Positions 36,701 to 47,270 of a stretch of 64,000 nt of DNA are shown piece after piece; position 1 is the first letter of the stretch; each line of letters opens with the position of its first letter. The stretch spans positions 12,433 to 76,432 of the forward strand of contig BCGN01000007.1 of assembly GCA_001599295.1 (NCBI GenBank). Reading direction: 5' to 3'. A program made the translations under genes and the position numbers. Below the pieces are notes generated by a model. The model saw only the letters and a program-made list of their open reading frames with translations, searched no databases and was not told where the DNA came from. The DNA is from Sporopachydermia quercuum. Lineage: Eukaryota.

Positions 36701-37049
36701 AACTATTTTGCTCTATATCAAAACCACGATTCTCAAATTACCACCAATCTCTTTAGAAGTTTTTCAACTGGTTAACGAGATGCTTCCTAGTATAGATTTC
36801 TTATTGAACACAGATGTTGAAGCATCGTTAGTGTTTCCTTTGTTTATGGCAGGAATGTGTGCAGTTCCTAAGCTTCGACAAGGTATTTTAGATAGAATGA
36901 TGGATCTAAATACCAGATTCTATGCTAAGAATATTCCTGCTAGTATGAACATGCTGCTAGAAGCTTGGGAGTTGAATCCTCAAGGCACTCAGTATATTGA
37001 TTGGTATCAACTTGGTAGAGAGAAGAATTTGATCTTTTCAATTGGTTAG
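33777..37049 (+). CDS. Zn(II)2Cys6 transcription factor with Fungal_trans_2-type C-terminus, UGA3-like
   Basis: RSRFGCLTCRKRKKRCSESKPKCEDCTRLNLRC binuclear cluster (CSExKPxCxDCxRL, as in Uga3). C-terminal DPFIG, LVFPLFMAG and IDW. Adjacent to GLT1. Confidence 0.85.
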   Translation: MMNKTQAPNSRDTNSTIGISLPSPITNPGESSTDSPITVTGNSSHRSSESSEKPPETQTKKRSGSVLRTAVYQRSRFGCLTCRKRKKRCSESKPKCEDCTRLNLRCEWPEPGTERRNKKKRLNSDIANLPNFPLGAWNYPWNVPWNVSMLPNGLTTGVTNGFSNAQSIPGFHQFIANYHNHHQQHSQHQNYPIYNGSPMKPFPGLHQQHNILNINSNSNTNXNIPFGPNLPSFELPSRSGTGSPDNSNALSRSSTMSAMMPMFMPLMSSQGYMYQMANGISAQAPITEYPIHRSGSNYQRRNHFTPNNMRRSVSEQGIRTGFDIMEEMKNLPVDNNVIPEILGTSEPLAQARELESTSSDGNAGNLLNGESLAEALVDQSGEIDFGISSPSTVSLFDFSTPTSTSTGTNIDTTVTNSGTTLDASSAPISIDNNNKSLALFDQVQDLNKLISIIFNGHNVFNPEREGFQSGWNWNLFQNREVPELLGSEHDDSNTSNNINNPANGRRKFQLAYYNSSTSTSKFGTGSKFNVLRFIEHLKCKVILSKQQQDLSFTQLKLFQDVEVTNEVSYLLSYYKDKLVWDFCVIPKGTGTNQFIDMGFRFAAHDPSALYALIACSAYWADLPERGDFYYQKALKLASSDSDAIRNSKSNXTSFGDNDNDGPDDEGFNGNDNTGSHRNSSANSSDQLLLSGKQLNVPRLLTYLMLAVSHLLNGTISGWYTLMTEAANAINKSCSFYNGELKQLMKNVPGLQWLIRLFIYLELTSNALPSGLLLSNGLYSECMDYNQIEEVNESNAIDSDPFIGFCMPLFSIFAEVCEEAKMVSTLSSSHELDKESFIDIESVRQRFRKGMDFPENNGNCNPDDNDSSVSSRNTFDQTFQTDDTFDELELSNNNYVSMQMPTTRTRDPANITNTNTISPFADKNNHYKIGSEIDSTIQKANELQMRVKQCLPAQGLYHHNQEQIEIQVSFFRVFQLTILLYIKTTILKLPPISLEVFQLVNEMLPSIDFLLNTDVEASLVFPLFMAGMCAVPKLRQGILDRMMDLNTRFYAKNIPASMNMLLEAWELNPQGTQYIDWYQLGREKNLIFSIG

Positions 37050-37543
37050 AAATAAAATGAAAGGAAAAGGTAGATGATGGGTGCACGAATAGATATGAAT
37101 AGGTATGAATTAGATAGCAATTAAACAGGTAGCTGTATGACAGGCAGAAGCATAATAAAGTAGCATTATCACTTTTTATTTATAATTGGTTTTTAAGTCA
37201 ATAGAAATGCTTGGCTCCTCTACTTTAAAGTGAAAAATGAATCATTTTAGTCCAAGTAGAAGCTTCTATTAAAAACTCTCAATTATTAGATAGGAAGTTC
37301 AACGCATCAGTCTGTTTTCAAGCCAATGAAGTAACCAAAGGTTATAGGCTCACGCACAACCTTGCTGACTAGTTGGATACCTTAGTGCAAACTATATACT
37401 AAAATGCTCAATATCATTTATTTCAATTACCAAGGAAATACATCTCTTGTCCTTTTCTTGTTCTTTTCTTGTCCTTTTTTCCTCCAAATCAACTCAGTTG
37501 TATAGTCTATATACATCAATCAATTAACAACAACCCTGNTAAT

Positions 37544-37702
37544 GATAATGATAATTGTCCCATTTCCCATAACTTTTGCTCTATAAGCTTACATCATCAT
37601 TTAATGATAAGGATTAAGTTAAGATGTTTCAGCTAAAGTTTGATAACCATTCCTAAAACAGCATCTTCTTATCACTAACTAAAACCAATCAGAAGGTGAT
37701 AA
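37544..37702. promoter_or_regulatory. Cluster of six GATAA motifs plus CCAAT upstream of GLT1 (putative NCR/GATA-factor UAS)
   Basis: GATAA at 37544, 37550, 37606 (GATAAG), 37642 and 37698; CTTATC at 37668; CCAAT at 37685. Confidence 0.4.
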
Positions 37703-38633
37703 AAGGTAAGCAACCAAGCAAGTTACTAGAAACCAGATGATCCAGTGTGAGATGTGGGGAACTGAATGATGAGTAGGGTTCATAAAAACAGAAGCTTTAG
37801 AGGAGAAAAAGTGGAGAATAGTCTTCAGGATATGTGGAAGGTGTATTCCAGGTGTATTCTGTCGTTTGTTGATGAACGTGAGAGTTGACATTGATAGTAA
37901 GTAGTGAGGTTTTGTTTGATGACAAGGCAGCAGAAGTCAGATGATGCCTAGATTGTGCAATCAAGGTTCGAAGATTGCAATCGTTCTAAATGTTTGAACT
38001 AGAAGGAGAGAAAGAGCTCTTTCTACAAATATTGGCGTGGTTTGAGAGCAGCATCAAGAGATTTTATTAATACTTTCATCTCCATGTACTTAGCCATTGA
38101 AATTACAACATGGGAATCACCTTTTGAGCTGGTTTGCTCACTGAACAACTATACAATCCTATCACTATCAATCAGTAATATATCGAATAACAGCTTTATA
38201 TTATATATTCCTTGAATTTATGTTTATAAATTATATATTAATAGAAACAAACCGTTCTTGAACTGCTTCCAATATATTCTTTTTAATGTGTTTTCACTAA
38301 TCTCCATTTGCATCATTTTGTACCAATGTTAAATTTGTGGTAGTAGTGCGTGCACTTTAATTCCTTCTGTGCAGCCTCTACCTATTTATTTATCAGGATA
38401 CTTTTAGATTTATTGAGCTCTACTCTTCAGTTTCTACTTCCTTTCACTTTTCTTTCCGCTTTGTGATCTTTTCTTAATGCTTTTTTCTGTATTAGATATA
38501 GTAATAAGTTTATTTTTGGTTTTATTTATTCAAGAAACATTAATTCGGTAGTCTTTCGTCTTTTTCTTACATTCAGGTTGAGCATCTATACTTCCTTGTT
38601 CAATCTGATTCAATAAAGCGAATCAGGCTCTAA

Positions 38634-38744
38634 GTAAGTTATTTTCAGTTTGTGCTCAATTCCTACTGTCAACGACCACAAATACTTGCCTGTTGTTTGA
38701 ACTTGCTTATGCACAATAAACTAACAAGAAATTAACTTCTATAG
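38634..38744 (+). other. Putative 5'-UTR intron of GLT1
   Basis: GTAAGT at 38634, AACTAAC at 38719, and TAG ending at 38744, 1 nt before the ATG. The upstream exon has an in-frame stop. Confidence 0.65.
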
Positions 38745-38745
38745 A

Positions 38746-41700
38746 ATGGTCGAATTCAATATCAAGCCAGACTCAGCGCTTATCGAAGAGTACTCAGCTA
38801 CCTCGTTACCAGATGAGCCAACATCCGTATATGAATATGATGAAGTACCAGAAAACAAATCATGGGCATCTGCATTGCCAATTAAACAAGGGCTGTATGA
38901 TCCTTCGTTTGAAAGAGATGCTTGCGGTGTAGGCTTTGCTTGTAGTATCGAAGGAATCAAATCCCATAAGATTGTTTCTGATGCAAAATACTTACTATGT
39001 AATATGACCCATCGTGGAGCTGTCGGAGCTGATGCGAGAGATGGTGATGGTGCTGGTGTTATGACATCTATTCCTCATAAGTTTATCGTTAAAGAATTTG
39101 CTCTTGTACACCAACGTGAAGTACCTCCGCTAGGGCAATATGCTGTTGGTAACCTGTTTTTCAAAAATGATGCTGATGTTTTAGAAGAGTCTGTTAGAAC
39201 CTTTGAAGGAATAGCTCAGGGGTTAGGATTGAAAGTTCTTGGCTGGAGAGAAGTTCCTCATGACAGTTCAATTTTGGGTCCCGCTGCATTATCAAGAGAA
39301 CCTAAGATTCTTCAACCAATGGTTGTCCTTGTTGACGCTTATGGATCAGGAACCAAACCAGAGTGTACAGATGATGAAGAGTTTGAGAAAAAATATGGCA
39401 AACTGTTTGAAAGACAACTGTATATCCTGAGAAAACAAGCAACTCATACCATAGGATTACATAATTGGTTTTATATTTGTTCCTTGTCAAACAAAAATAT
39501 TGTGTATAAAGGTCAACTAGTACCTGTGCAAGTGTACAATTACTATTTTGATTTGATGAACGTTGATTATGAAGCACATTTTGCATTAGTCCACTCAAGG
39601 TTCTCTACCAACACGTTTCCTTCCTGGGATAGAGCACAACCTTTAAGATGGGCTGCCCATAATGGTGAAATCAACACTCTCAGAGGCAATAAGAACTGGA
39701 TGAGAGCTCGTGAAGGTGTAATGGCCTCTAAGTTATTTGATGATGAGATAGATAAATTGTACCCTATTATTGAAGAAGGTGGTTCTGATTCAGCCGCTTT
39801 TGATAATGTGTTGGAATTATTGGTCATTAATGGAGTACTTTCAATGCCTGAAGCTGTCATGCTAATGGTCCCAGAAGCATGGCAGAATAACGGTCTAATG
39901 GATCATAAAAAGAGAGCTTTCTATGAATGGGCGGCTTGTTTAATGGAACCTTGGGATGGTCCTGCGTTATTTACGTTTGCTGATGGTAGATTCTGCGGCG
40001 CTAATCTTGATAGAAATGGCTTGAGACCTTGTAGATATTATGTGACTGATGACGGTAGAATGATCTGTGGGTCGGAAGTTGGTGTAATGCATATAGAACC
40101 AGAGAAAATTATCTCTAAAGGAAGATTAAGACCAGGAAGAATGTTACTAGTTGATACTAAAGAAGGGATCATTGTGGATGATCGTGAATTAAAAATAAAT
40201 GTTGCTTCAAGATTTGATTTCAAATCATGGGTGATTGGTAATCTAATTACTATGGATGATTTGCTTGGTAAATTAAGTGCCCGTGGTATGGAAGATAGTT
40301 TAACTACTACCGGATCGGAGCTTGCTACTAGTGCATACCCTTTACAGAAAGATCCTTATCTTCTTGCTTTCGGTTACACATTTGAACAAGTGCTCTTGTT
40401 GTTGGCACCAATGGCTCAGGATGGTAAAGAACCATTGGGATCAATGGGTAATGACTCACCTTTAGCTTGTTTAGCAGAAACTCCTAGACTGACATACGAA
40501 TACTTTAGACAACTGTTTGCCCAAGTAACTAATCCCCCTATTGATCCTATCCGGGAGGCTGTGGTTATGTCATTAGAATGCTATGTTGGACCTCAAGGGA
40601 ATTTGCTTGAAATGAAACCAAGTCAATGTAACAGATTGCTTTTACAATCTCCAATATTATCAACTAAACAGCTGGATGCTATCAAGCAGATGAGTATTGC
40701 TTATCCTAAATGGACAGTTAAAACGCTCGATATTACATTTGAAAAGAGTGAAGGTCTTGCTGGTTACTATAATGCCATTGAAAGATTGTGCGATGAAACA
40801 TCAACTGCTATTGAAGAAAACCATTCCGTTTTGGTTCTTTCTGATAGGAATATTGGACCAACTCGTGTTGCTGTTTCTGCCCTAATTGCTTGTGGTGCTG
40901 TACATCATCATTTAGTGCGACAGAAACAAAGATCAAAAGTAGCACTGATTGTTGAAACAGGCGAAGCTAGAGAAGTCCATCATATGTGTGTTTTACTTGG
41001 ATATGGTGCAGATGGCATCAATCCTTATCTTGTGTTACAAGCATTAAACAAAATGAATAAAGAAAAGTTGTTCAAAGCTGATCTTGATGAAGAAACTATT
41101 TTCAACAACTATAAACATGCCCTTGATGGTGGCATTCTTAAAGTTATGTCGAAGATGGGTATTTCAACATTAGCATCCTATAAGGGAGCACAGATTTTTG
41201 AAGCACTGGGTATTGACACTTCAGTTGTTGATCGTTGCTTTGCAGGCACAGCTTCGCGTATCAAAGGTATCGCTTTTGAAAACATTGCTCAAGATGCTTT
41301 CACCCTACACGAAAGGGGATTCCCATCAAGAGAAGTGAAGATTCCAGTTCAATTACCAGAATCTGGTGAGTACCATTGGCGTGACGGTGCTGATGTACAC
41401 ATCAATGAACCAGCAGCCATTGCGAACATTCAAGATGCAGTCAGGAATAAAAATGAAAAGGCGTATGAAGCTTATTCTAGAAAGGAATTCGAAGCAATCA
41501 AGAATTGTACACTTCGTGGCATGCTGGAATTTGATTTCGAAAACTCAACCCCAGTTCCCATTGACCAAGTTGAACCATGGACAGAAATCGTTCGTAGATT
41601 TGTCACTGGAGCTATGTCTTATGGTTCTATTTCCATGGAGGCCCATTCCACTTTGGCAGTGGCAATGAATAGATTGGGTGGTAAGTCGAATACTGGTGAA

Positions 41701-44700
41701 GGCGGTGAAGACCCTGAAAGATCTTTTGTCCATAAGAATGGTGATACTATGAGATCAGCTATAAAACAAGTGGCTTCAGGAAGATTTGGCGTTACCTCCC
41801 ATTATTTATCAGATGCAGATGAATTACAGATTAAAATGGCCCAGGGTGCTAAACCTGGTGAAGGTGGTGAATTACCAGGTCATAAAGTGTCTCAACAGAT
41901 TGGTAAAACTAGACATTCTACACCAGGTGTTGGTTTAATATCTCCACCTCCTCATCATGATATTTATTCTATTGAAGACTTGAAACAATTGATTTATGAT
42001 CTGAAATGTTCTAATCCTAGGGCGAGAGTTTCTGTTAAACTTGTTTCTGAAGTTGGGGTTGGTATTATTGCCTCTGGTGTAGCTAAAGCCAAAGCAGATC
42101 ATATTCTGATCTCTGGCCATGACGGTGGTACTGGTGCTTCAAGATGGACAGGCATTAAGTATGCTGGTTTGCCATGGGAGTTAGGATTAGCAGAGACCCA
42201 TCAAACATTAGTATTGAACGATTTAAGAGGTAGAGTTATAGTTCAAACTGATGGTCAGATCAAAACAGGTCGAGACATTGCTATTGCCTGTTTGCTAGGT
42301 GCAGAAGAATGGGGATTTGCAACTGCTCCTTTAATTACTATGGGTTGTATTATGATGAGGAAATGTCATTTGAATACTTGTCCTGTTGGTATTGCTACTC
42401 AAGATCCTTCCTTGAGAAAGAAATTCGAAGGTACTCCTGAACATGTTATCAACTTCTTCTATTATCTTGCCAATGAATTGAGAACATACATGGCAAAACT
42501 TGGATTTCGTACAATTGACGAAATGGTTGGCAGAGCAGAGAAATTAAAGGTTAGAGAAGACGGCTTAAATCCTAAAACAGTTAATATTGACCTAACACCA
42601 ATTCTAACGCCAGCTCATAGACTGAGACCTGGTGTTGCAACCAGAAATGTAAAGAAACAAGATCATCGATTACACGTTAGATTAGATAATAAGCTCATTG
42701 ATGAATCAGAGCTAACATTGGATAAGGGCTTACCTGTTACTATTGATGCTGATATCATCAACACTGATAGGGCCTTAGGCTCTACCCTTTCTTACAGAGT
42801 GTCTAAAAAATTTGGGGAGACAGGTTTACCTCCAGATACTATTCACGTCAATGTCAAAGGATCAGCAGGTCAATCATTTGGTGCCTATCTTGCTCCAGGC
42901 ATCACCCTTGAACTTGAAGGTGATTCTAATGACTACGTTGGTAAAGGTTTGTCAGGTGGTAGATTAATTATCTATCCGCCTAAAGGATCTGTGTTCAAAG
43001 CCGAGGAAAATATCCTTATTGGTAATACATGTTTGTACGGGGCAACATCTGGTAAGGCCTATTTCCGTGGTATTTCCGCTGAAAGATTTGCAGTAAGAAA
43101 TTCTGGAGCTACCGCAGTTGTCGAAGGTTGTGGTGATCATGGCTGTGAGTACATGACAGGTGGTAGAGTAATTGTTCTAGGATCTACTGGTAGAAATTTC
43201 GCTGCTGGTATGTCTGGTGGAATTGCGTATGTTCTTGACATGGGGCAAGATTTTGTTGATAACGTTAATCCTGAAACAGTGGAATTGAGCGGTATCACGG
43301 ATGCCACTGAAATTGCCTTTGTTAGAGGTTTGATTGAAGAACATAAACATCATACAGGATCAGANGTTGCAGAAAGAATCTTGAATGATTTCCATAGATT
43401 CTTACCAAGATTTGTCAAAGTTCTACCATTGGATTACAAGAGAGTTTTGGAGGAAGAGGCTGCCAAACTCGAAGCTGCCAAGAAGAGTGAAATCAACTCT
43501 TTCTTACTTTCAATTAAAGAAGACCCCGAAGCTGATATCACGAATGGTGAAATCAAAGGAAGAAAAACACCTTTGCCTTTGAACCAAGCAGATGGTGTAT
43601 TCAAACGTTCAGGCTCAATCACTGCGTTAAAGCAACTTGAACAAGACGCTATTAGGAACTTTGACCATAAACACTCTCCTACTGCTTTGGAACCAGTAGT
43701 CCAAGATATGGAAGATACTATTCTCGATATCAACGCTGAGAAAAAGAATAGTGAAACTGTTAACTTGAAACTTGATAAATTAAAAGGGTTCATGAAATAT
43801 TCGAGAAGAAATGAGAAGTATCGTGACACATTGACAAGAGTTCGTGATTGGGGTGAACTATCTAACAGATTAACGAAAGAAGAGTTGACTTATCAAACGG
43901 CAAGGTGTATGGATTGTGGTGTTCCTTTCTGTACATCTGATACTGGTTGTCCTATATCCAATATCATTCCCAAATGGAATGAATTGGTTTTTAAGGACCG
44001 TTGGTATGATGCTTTACAAAGACTTTTAATGACCAATAACTTTCCTGAGTTCACAGGAAGAGTCTGTCCTGCTCCTTGTGAAGGTGCTTGCGTATTGGGC
44101 ATCAATGAATCTCCAGTCGGTATTAAAAGTGTTGAAGCAGCCATTATAGACCGTGGTTGGGAAATGGGTTGGATCAAACCAAATCCTCCGACCGTTAGAA
44201 CTGGAAAGAAAATAGCCATTATTGGTTCAGGTCCAGCAGGTTTGGCATGTGCAGATCAACTGAATAAGGCAGGACATTTGGTAACCATTTATGAAAGATC
44301 GGATCGACCGGGAGGATTGTTAATGTATGGTATTCCTAACATGAAGCTTGATAAACGTGTTGTCAGTAGAAGAATTGATTTAATGAAGGAAGAAGGAGTT
44401 GAAATCATTTGCAATACTACAATTGGTGAAGACATTTCCGTTGAAGAACTCAAGGAACAATATAGTATTGTTGTTTATGCCGTTGGAAGTACAATTGCTC
44501 GTGATTTGAAGATCCCTGGTAGAGAATTTAAGAACATTATGTTTGCAATGGAATTGTTGAAATGGAATACTAAATCACTATTGAATGGTGATCTAACAGA
44601 AGTTGGTGATCTTCTCAAAGGTAAAAACGTTATTGTTATTGGTGGTGGTGATACTGGTAATGATTGTTTAGGTACATCTGTTCGTCATGGAGCTAAATCA

Positions 44701-45294
44701 GTATTGAATTTCGAACTGTTACCAAAACCTCCTACTAGAAGAGCCAAAGATAATCCATGGCCTCAATGGCCCCGTATCTTCAGAGTCGATTATGGACATA
44801 CCGAAGTGAAAACACATTATGGACGTGATCCAAGAGAATACTGTATCTTATCGAAGGAATTTACGGGCGATGAGGATGGAAACTTGACTGGTATTAAAAC
44901 AGTGAGAGTTGAATGGAAAAGATCTGGTGGTGGAGCATGGCAAATGGCTGAAGTACCAGGATCAGAAGAATTTTTCCCTGCTGAGGTTGTTCTATTATCA
45001 ATGGGTTTTGTTGGCCCTGAAGCTCAAAATTTGGAATGTTCAAGAGATAAACGTGGTAATATTCATACGGAAAAGCCTACAAGTTATAAAATAGCTGGAA
45101 GTGATAATTTGTTTGCTTGCGGTGATTGTAGAAGAGGACAATCATTGATTGTTTGGGGTATCCAAGAAGGTCGTCAATGTGCCAGAGAAATTGATTTCTA
45201 TCTCGAAGGAACAAGTAAATTACCTGGCAATGGAAGNATGGAAGTACGGGATTTCAAATTACTAGAAGAATTCATTGCTAAAGAAACAAAATAA
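38746..45294 (+). CDS. GLT1: NADH-dependent glutamate synthase (fused alpha/beta GOGAT)
   Basis: Propeptide followed by ERDA|CGVGF, HSRFSTNT, GAMSYGS, QIKMAQGAKPGEGG, the CIMMRKCHLNTC 3Fe-4S motif, beta-domain RCMDCGVPFC and GSGPAG. Confidence 0.98.
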   Translation: MVEFNIKPDSALIEEYSATSLPDEPTSVYEYDEVPENKSWASALPIKQGLYDPSFERDACGVGFACSIEGIKSHKIVSDAKYLLCNMTHRGAVGADARDGDGAGVMTSIPHKFIVKEFALVHQREVPPLGQYAVGNLFFKNDADVLEESVRTFEGIAQGLGLKVLGWREVPHDSSILGPAALSREPKILQPMVVLVDAYGSGTKPECTDDEEFEKKYGKLFERQLYILRKQATHTIGLHNWFYICSLSNKNIVYKGQLVPVQVYNYYFDLMNVDYEAHFALVHSRFSTNTFPSWDRAQPLRWAAHNGEINTLRGNKNWMRAREGVMASKLFDDEIDKLYPIIEEGGSDSAAFDNVLELLVINGVLSMPEAVMLMVPEAWQNNGLMDHKKRAFYEWAACLMEPWDGPALFTFADGRFCGANLDRNGLRPCRYYVTDDGRMICGSEVGVMHIEPEKIISKGRLRPGRMLLVDTKEGIIVDDRELKINVASRFDFKSWVIGNLITMDDLLGKLSARGMEDSLTTTGSELATSAYPLQKDPYLLAFGYTFEQVLLLLAPMAQDGKEPLGSMGNDSPLACLAETPRLTYEYFRQLFAQVTNPPIDPIREAVVMSLECYVGPQGNLLEMKPSQCNRLLLQSPILSTKQLDAIKQMSIAYPKWTVKTLDITFEKSEGLAGYYNAIERLCDETSTAIEENHSVLVLSDRNIGPTRVAVSALIACGAVHHHLVRQKQRSKVALIVETGEAREVHHMCVLLGYGADGINPYLVLQALNKMNKEKLFKADLDEETIFNNYKHALDGGILKVMSKMGISTLASYKGAQIFEALGIDTSVVDRCFAGTASRIKGIAFENIAQDAFTLHERGFPSREVKIPVQLPESGEYHWRDGADVHINEPAAIANIQDAVRNKNEKAYEAYSRKEFEAIKNCTLRGMLEFDFENSTPVPIDQVEPWTEIVRRFVTGAMSYGSISMEAHSTLAVAMNRLGGKSNTGEGGEDPERSFVHKNGDTMRSAIKQVASGRFGVTSHYLSDADELQIKMAQGAKPGEGGELPGHKVSQQIGKTRHSTPGVGLISPPPHHDIYSIEDLKQLIYDLKCSNPRARVSVKLVSEVGVGIIASGVAKAKADHILISGHDGGTGASRWTGIKYAGLPWELGLAETHQTLVLNDLRGRVIVQTDGQIKTGRDIAIACLLGAEEWGFATAPLITMGCIMMRKCHLNTCPVGIATQDPSLRKKFEGTPEHVINFFYYLANELRTYMAKLGFRTIDEMVGRAEKLKVREDGLNPKTVNIDLTPILTPAHRLRPGVATRNVKKQDHRLHVRLDNKLIDESELTLDKGLPVTIDADIINTDRALGSTLSYRVSKKFGETGLPPDTIHVNVKGSAGQSFGAYLAPGITLELEGDSNDYVGKGLSGGRLIIYPPKGSVFKAEENILIGNTCLYGATSGKAYFRGISAERFAVRNSGATAVVEGCGDHGCEYMTGGRVIVLGSTGRNFAAGMSGGIAYVLDMGQDFVDNVNPETVELSGITDATEIAFVRGLIEEHKHHTGSXVAERILNDFHRFLPRFVKVLPLDYKRVLEEEAAKLEAAKKSEINSFLLSIKEDPEADITNGEIKGRKTPLPLNQADGVFKRSGSITALKQLEQDAIRNFDHKHSPTALEPVVQDMEDTILDINAEKKNSETVNLKLDKLKGFMKYSRRNEKYRDTLTRVRDWGELSNRLTKEELTYQTARCMDCGVPFCTSDTGCPISNIIPKWNELVFKDRWYDALQRLLMTNNFPEFTGRVCPAPCEGACVLGINESPVGIKSVEAAIIDRGWEMGWIKPNPPTVRTGKKIAIIGSGPAGLACADQLNKAGHLVTIYERSDRPGGLLMYGIPNMKLDKRVVSRRIDLMKEEGVEIICNTTIGEDISVEELKEQYSIVVYAVGSTIARDLKIPGREFKNIMFAMELLKWNTKSLLNGDLTEVGDLLKGKNVIVIGGGDTGNDCLGTSVRHGAKSVLNFELLPKPPTRRAKDNPWPQWPRIFRVDYGHTEVKTHYGRDPREYCILSKEFTGDEDGNLTGIKTVRVEWKRSGGGAWQMAEVPGSEEFFPAEVVLLSMGFVGPEAQNLECSRDKRGNIHTEKPTSYKIAGSDNLFACGDCRRGQSLIVWGIQEGRQCAREIDFYLEGTSKLPGNGXMEVRDFKLLEEFIAKETK

Positions 45295-47270
45295 GTGTAA
45301 GTGCCGAACCTAGTGCTGACAATTCACTCCTTAAAGAACTGTATTGTATTGGGTTGGATTGGGTATCAACTTGTTATATTTGGTGTGATTTGTCTAATTA
45401 TTTTTTTCTATAACGTTGGTTTTTGTTAATTTTTGAATGTATTTAAATCATTTATTGTGAAGAGATGACTGCTGTAGATCTATTAGTGCTATTCTAATAC
45501 AGTTAGTAATAGGGAAAAGAGTAAATGAAGTGCTCCAATTTTATTGTTATCAACTGCTATACCAATTATTATTTGCATGTCGACAACGGAATGGTTCAGA
45601 AGTTGGCAAAGTTCGTTGCTTATCATTTATTTCCCAATTGGGAGATATACTAACAGGATTAATACGTGGAGTGATCAAGGAATTAATATCTTCTCCGGTT
45701 TCTTGTATTTCATTCTTTTCCTAATTTTCCCGGAGCAAAAAACATGTAACCATTTAATATTTAATAAGTGAATTGTCATTGTTCGAGTCCGGGTTATTTC
45801 CAAGAATTCAGCCAACTCCAAAGTGTTTGATCTGATTATCCTTTGACTCATTAGGTATCAGGTGATTAGAGTATTTGGTTTCTAGGAAAGAAGAATCTTT
45901 AATTCAAGTAGCGGCACTTGAAAGACTTTAGTAAACAACCTGCCATTGAATACGGACAGACAAACCTCAAATAAGGAACCCATATATAGCGTACTTCTGC
46001 AAATACATATATTCTCTCTGTTATAACAGAATCACTTTTACGTTCAGATTCTTGATTACTAAACGAATATTCTGGTGGAAACAAGCTATTTTTTGTAACA
46101 TATCATATGATCCTTATCTATTGCTACTTGAATCCCTANCAAAAATAGCGGAAATAATACAAAAAATATACTTTGGCTTTTGTGCCACTTTCGGTAATAG
46201 TTACTTCAAAAGCATCTTGCAGTCATCGGAGCCTTATTCTCACTTAATGCTACCCTTGAAGACATCCTATTCTCCGCGGTAATCAATAAGAAAGGGCGAC
46301 TTTCGGAAGAACAAAATAGAATAGTCATTTTTTTCTTTTTTGCTCTCTTAGTAGTGAACAACATAAATATCTGTTTATTTTTTTTTTGTCACTCACTAGT
46401 CTTGCTCTTTTGTATATGCCAAATGAGTCTATTATTCACTCAAACTCATATCCCAAGNAAACTCAAAATTTAACTAATTTTAGTGGGTTTTCATTTCACT
46501 CTGCATAAACCCTAACCTTAATCCTCTATTTTCCCATCTTCTCATGCATCCTTCTCTCTACTTACTAACAGTAATTAATTCAATCAATAACCTTTTTTCT
46601 AGCCTATGGATCTATTATAAAACATAATCTATAAGATTCTGTAAAAGTTCATACTATTGTCTCTCATCCAAAGCTCAAAACCCGTCATTTCCCTCCAAAA
46701 TTGTGTCATACAGGTACGCTCATATAGTTAAAATTACATATAATTACATTTACTGCAATATACTGAAATCATGCAGGAGCCCAAGTTCCGGAATATTTCA
46801 CATTCCGATAAGGTAAACCTTTCTTATTATGATATCAAAGCAACTCTTCCTTATGAAAATAAAGCGATATTTGCGCATGATTGATTTTCTGATTCTTTGC
46901 TTATTTGGTCAAGCCGAATTGCTGGACCAAAGTCTTCTTCATTGTTTGAAAGATTTAACAAGAAAGTTTAGTTGATATACGGTGTGGCTTATCAGAAAAC
47001 CCATAGTGAGACTATCGGTAAGACTATCAAATTACATCGATAACGATTTTTGTATGGTAGAATACGGATTATAACTGATTATAATAGCTGTATTATCCTA
47101 GTAACTGCTAGACCGCCAAAATCGAATACTGATCTTCGAATAATTCTCTAAACTTACAACATATCATCTACACTGCCTACATTATTTGGAGGACGTTAGA
47201 TTAGTTCCTTTTTGCATCTTCATTCTTTCATTTATTCTCATCCACTCTTAAACTACCAATTTCCATCAAT

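Noticed and set aside
46563..46571. TACTAACAG upstream of the F-box gene as an intron end
   Set aside because: No convincing donor or coding exon nearby.
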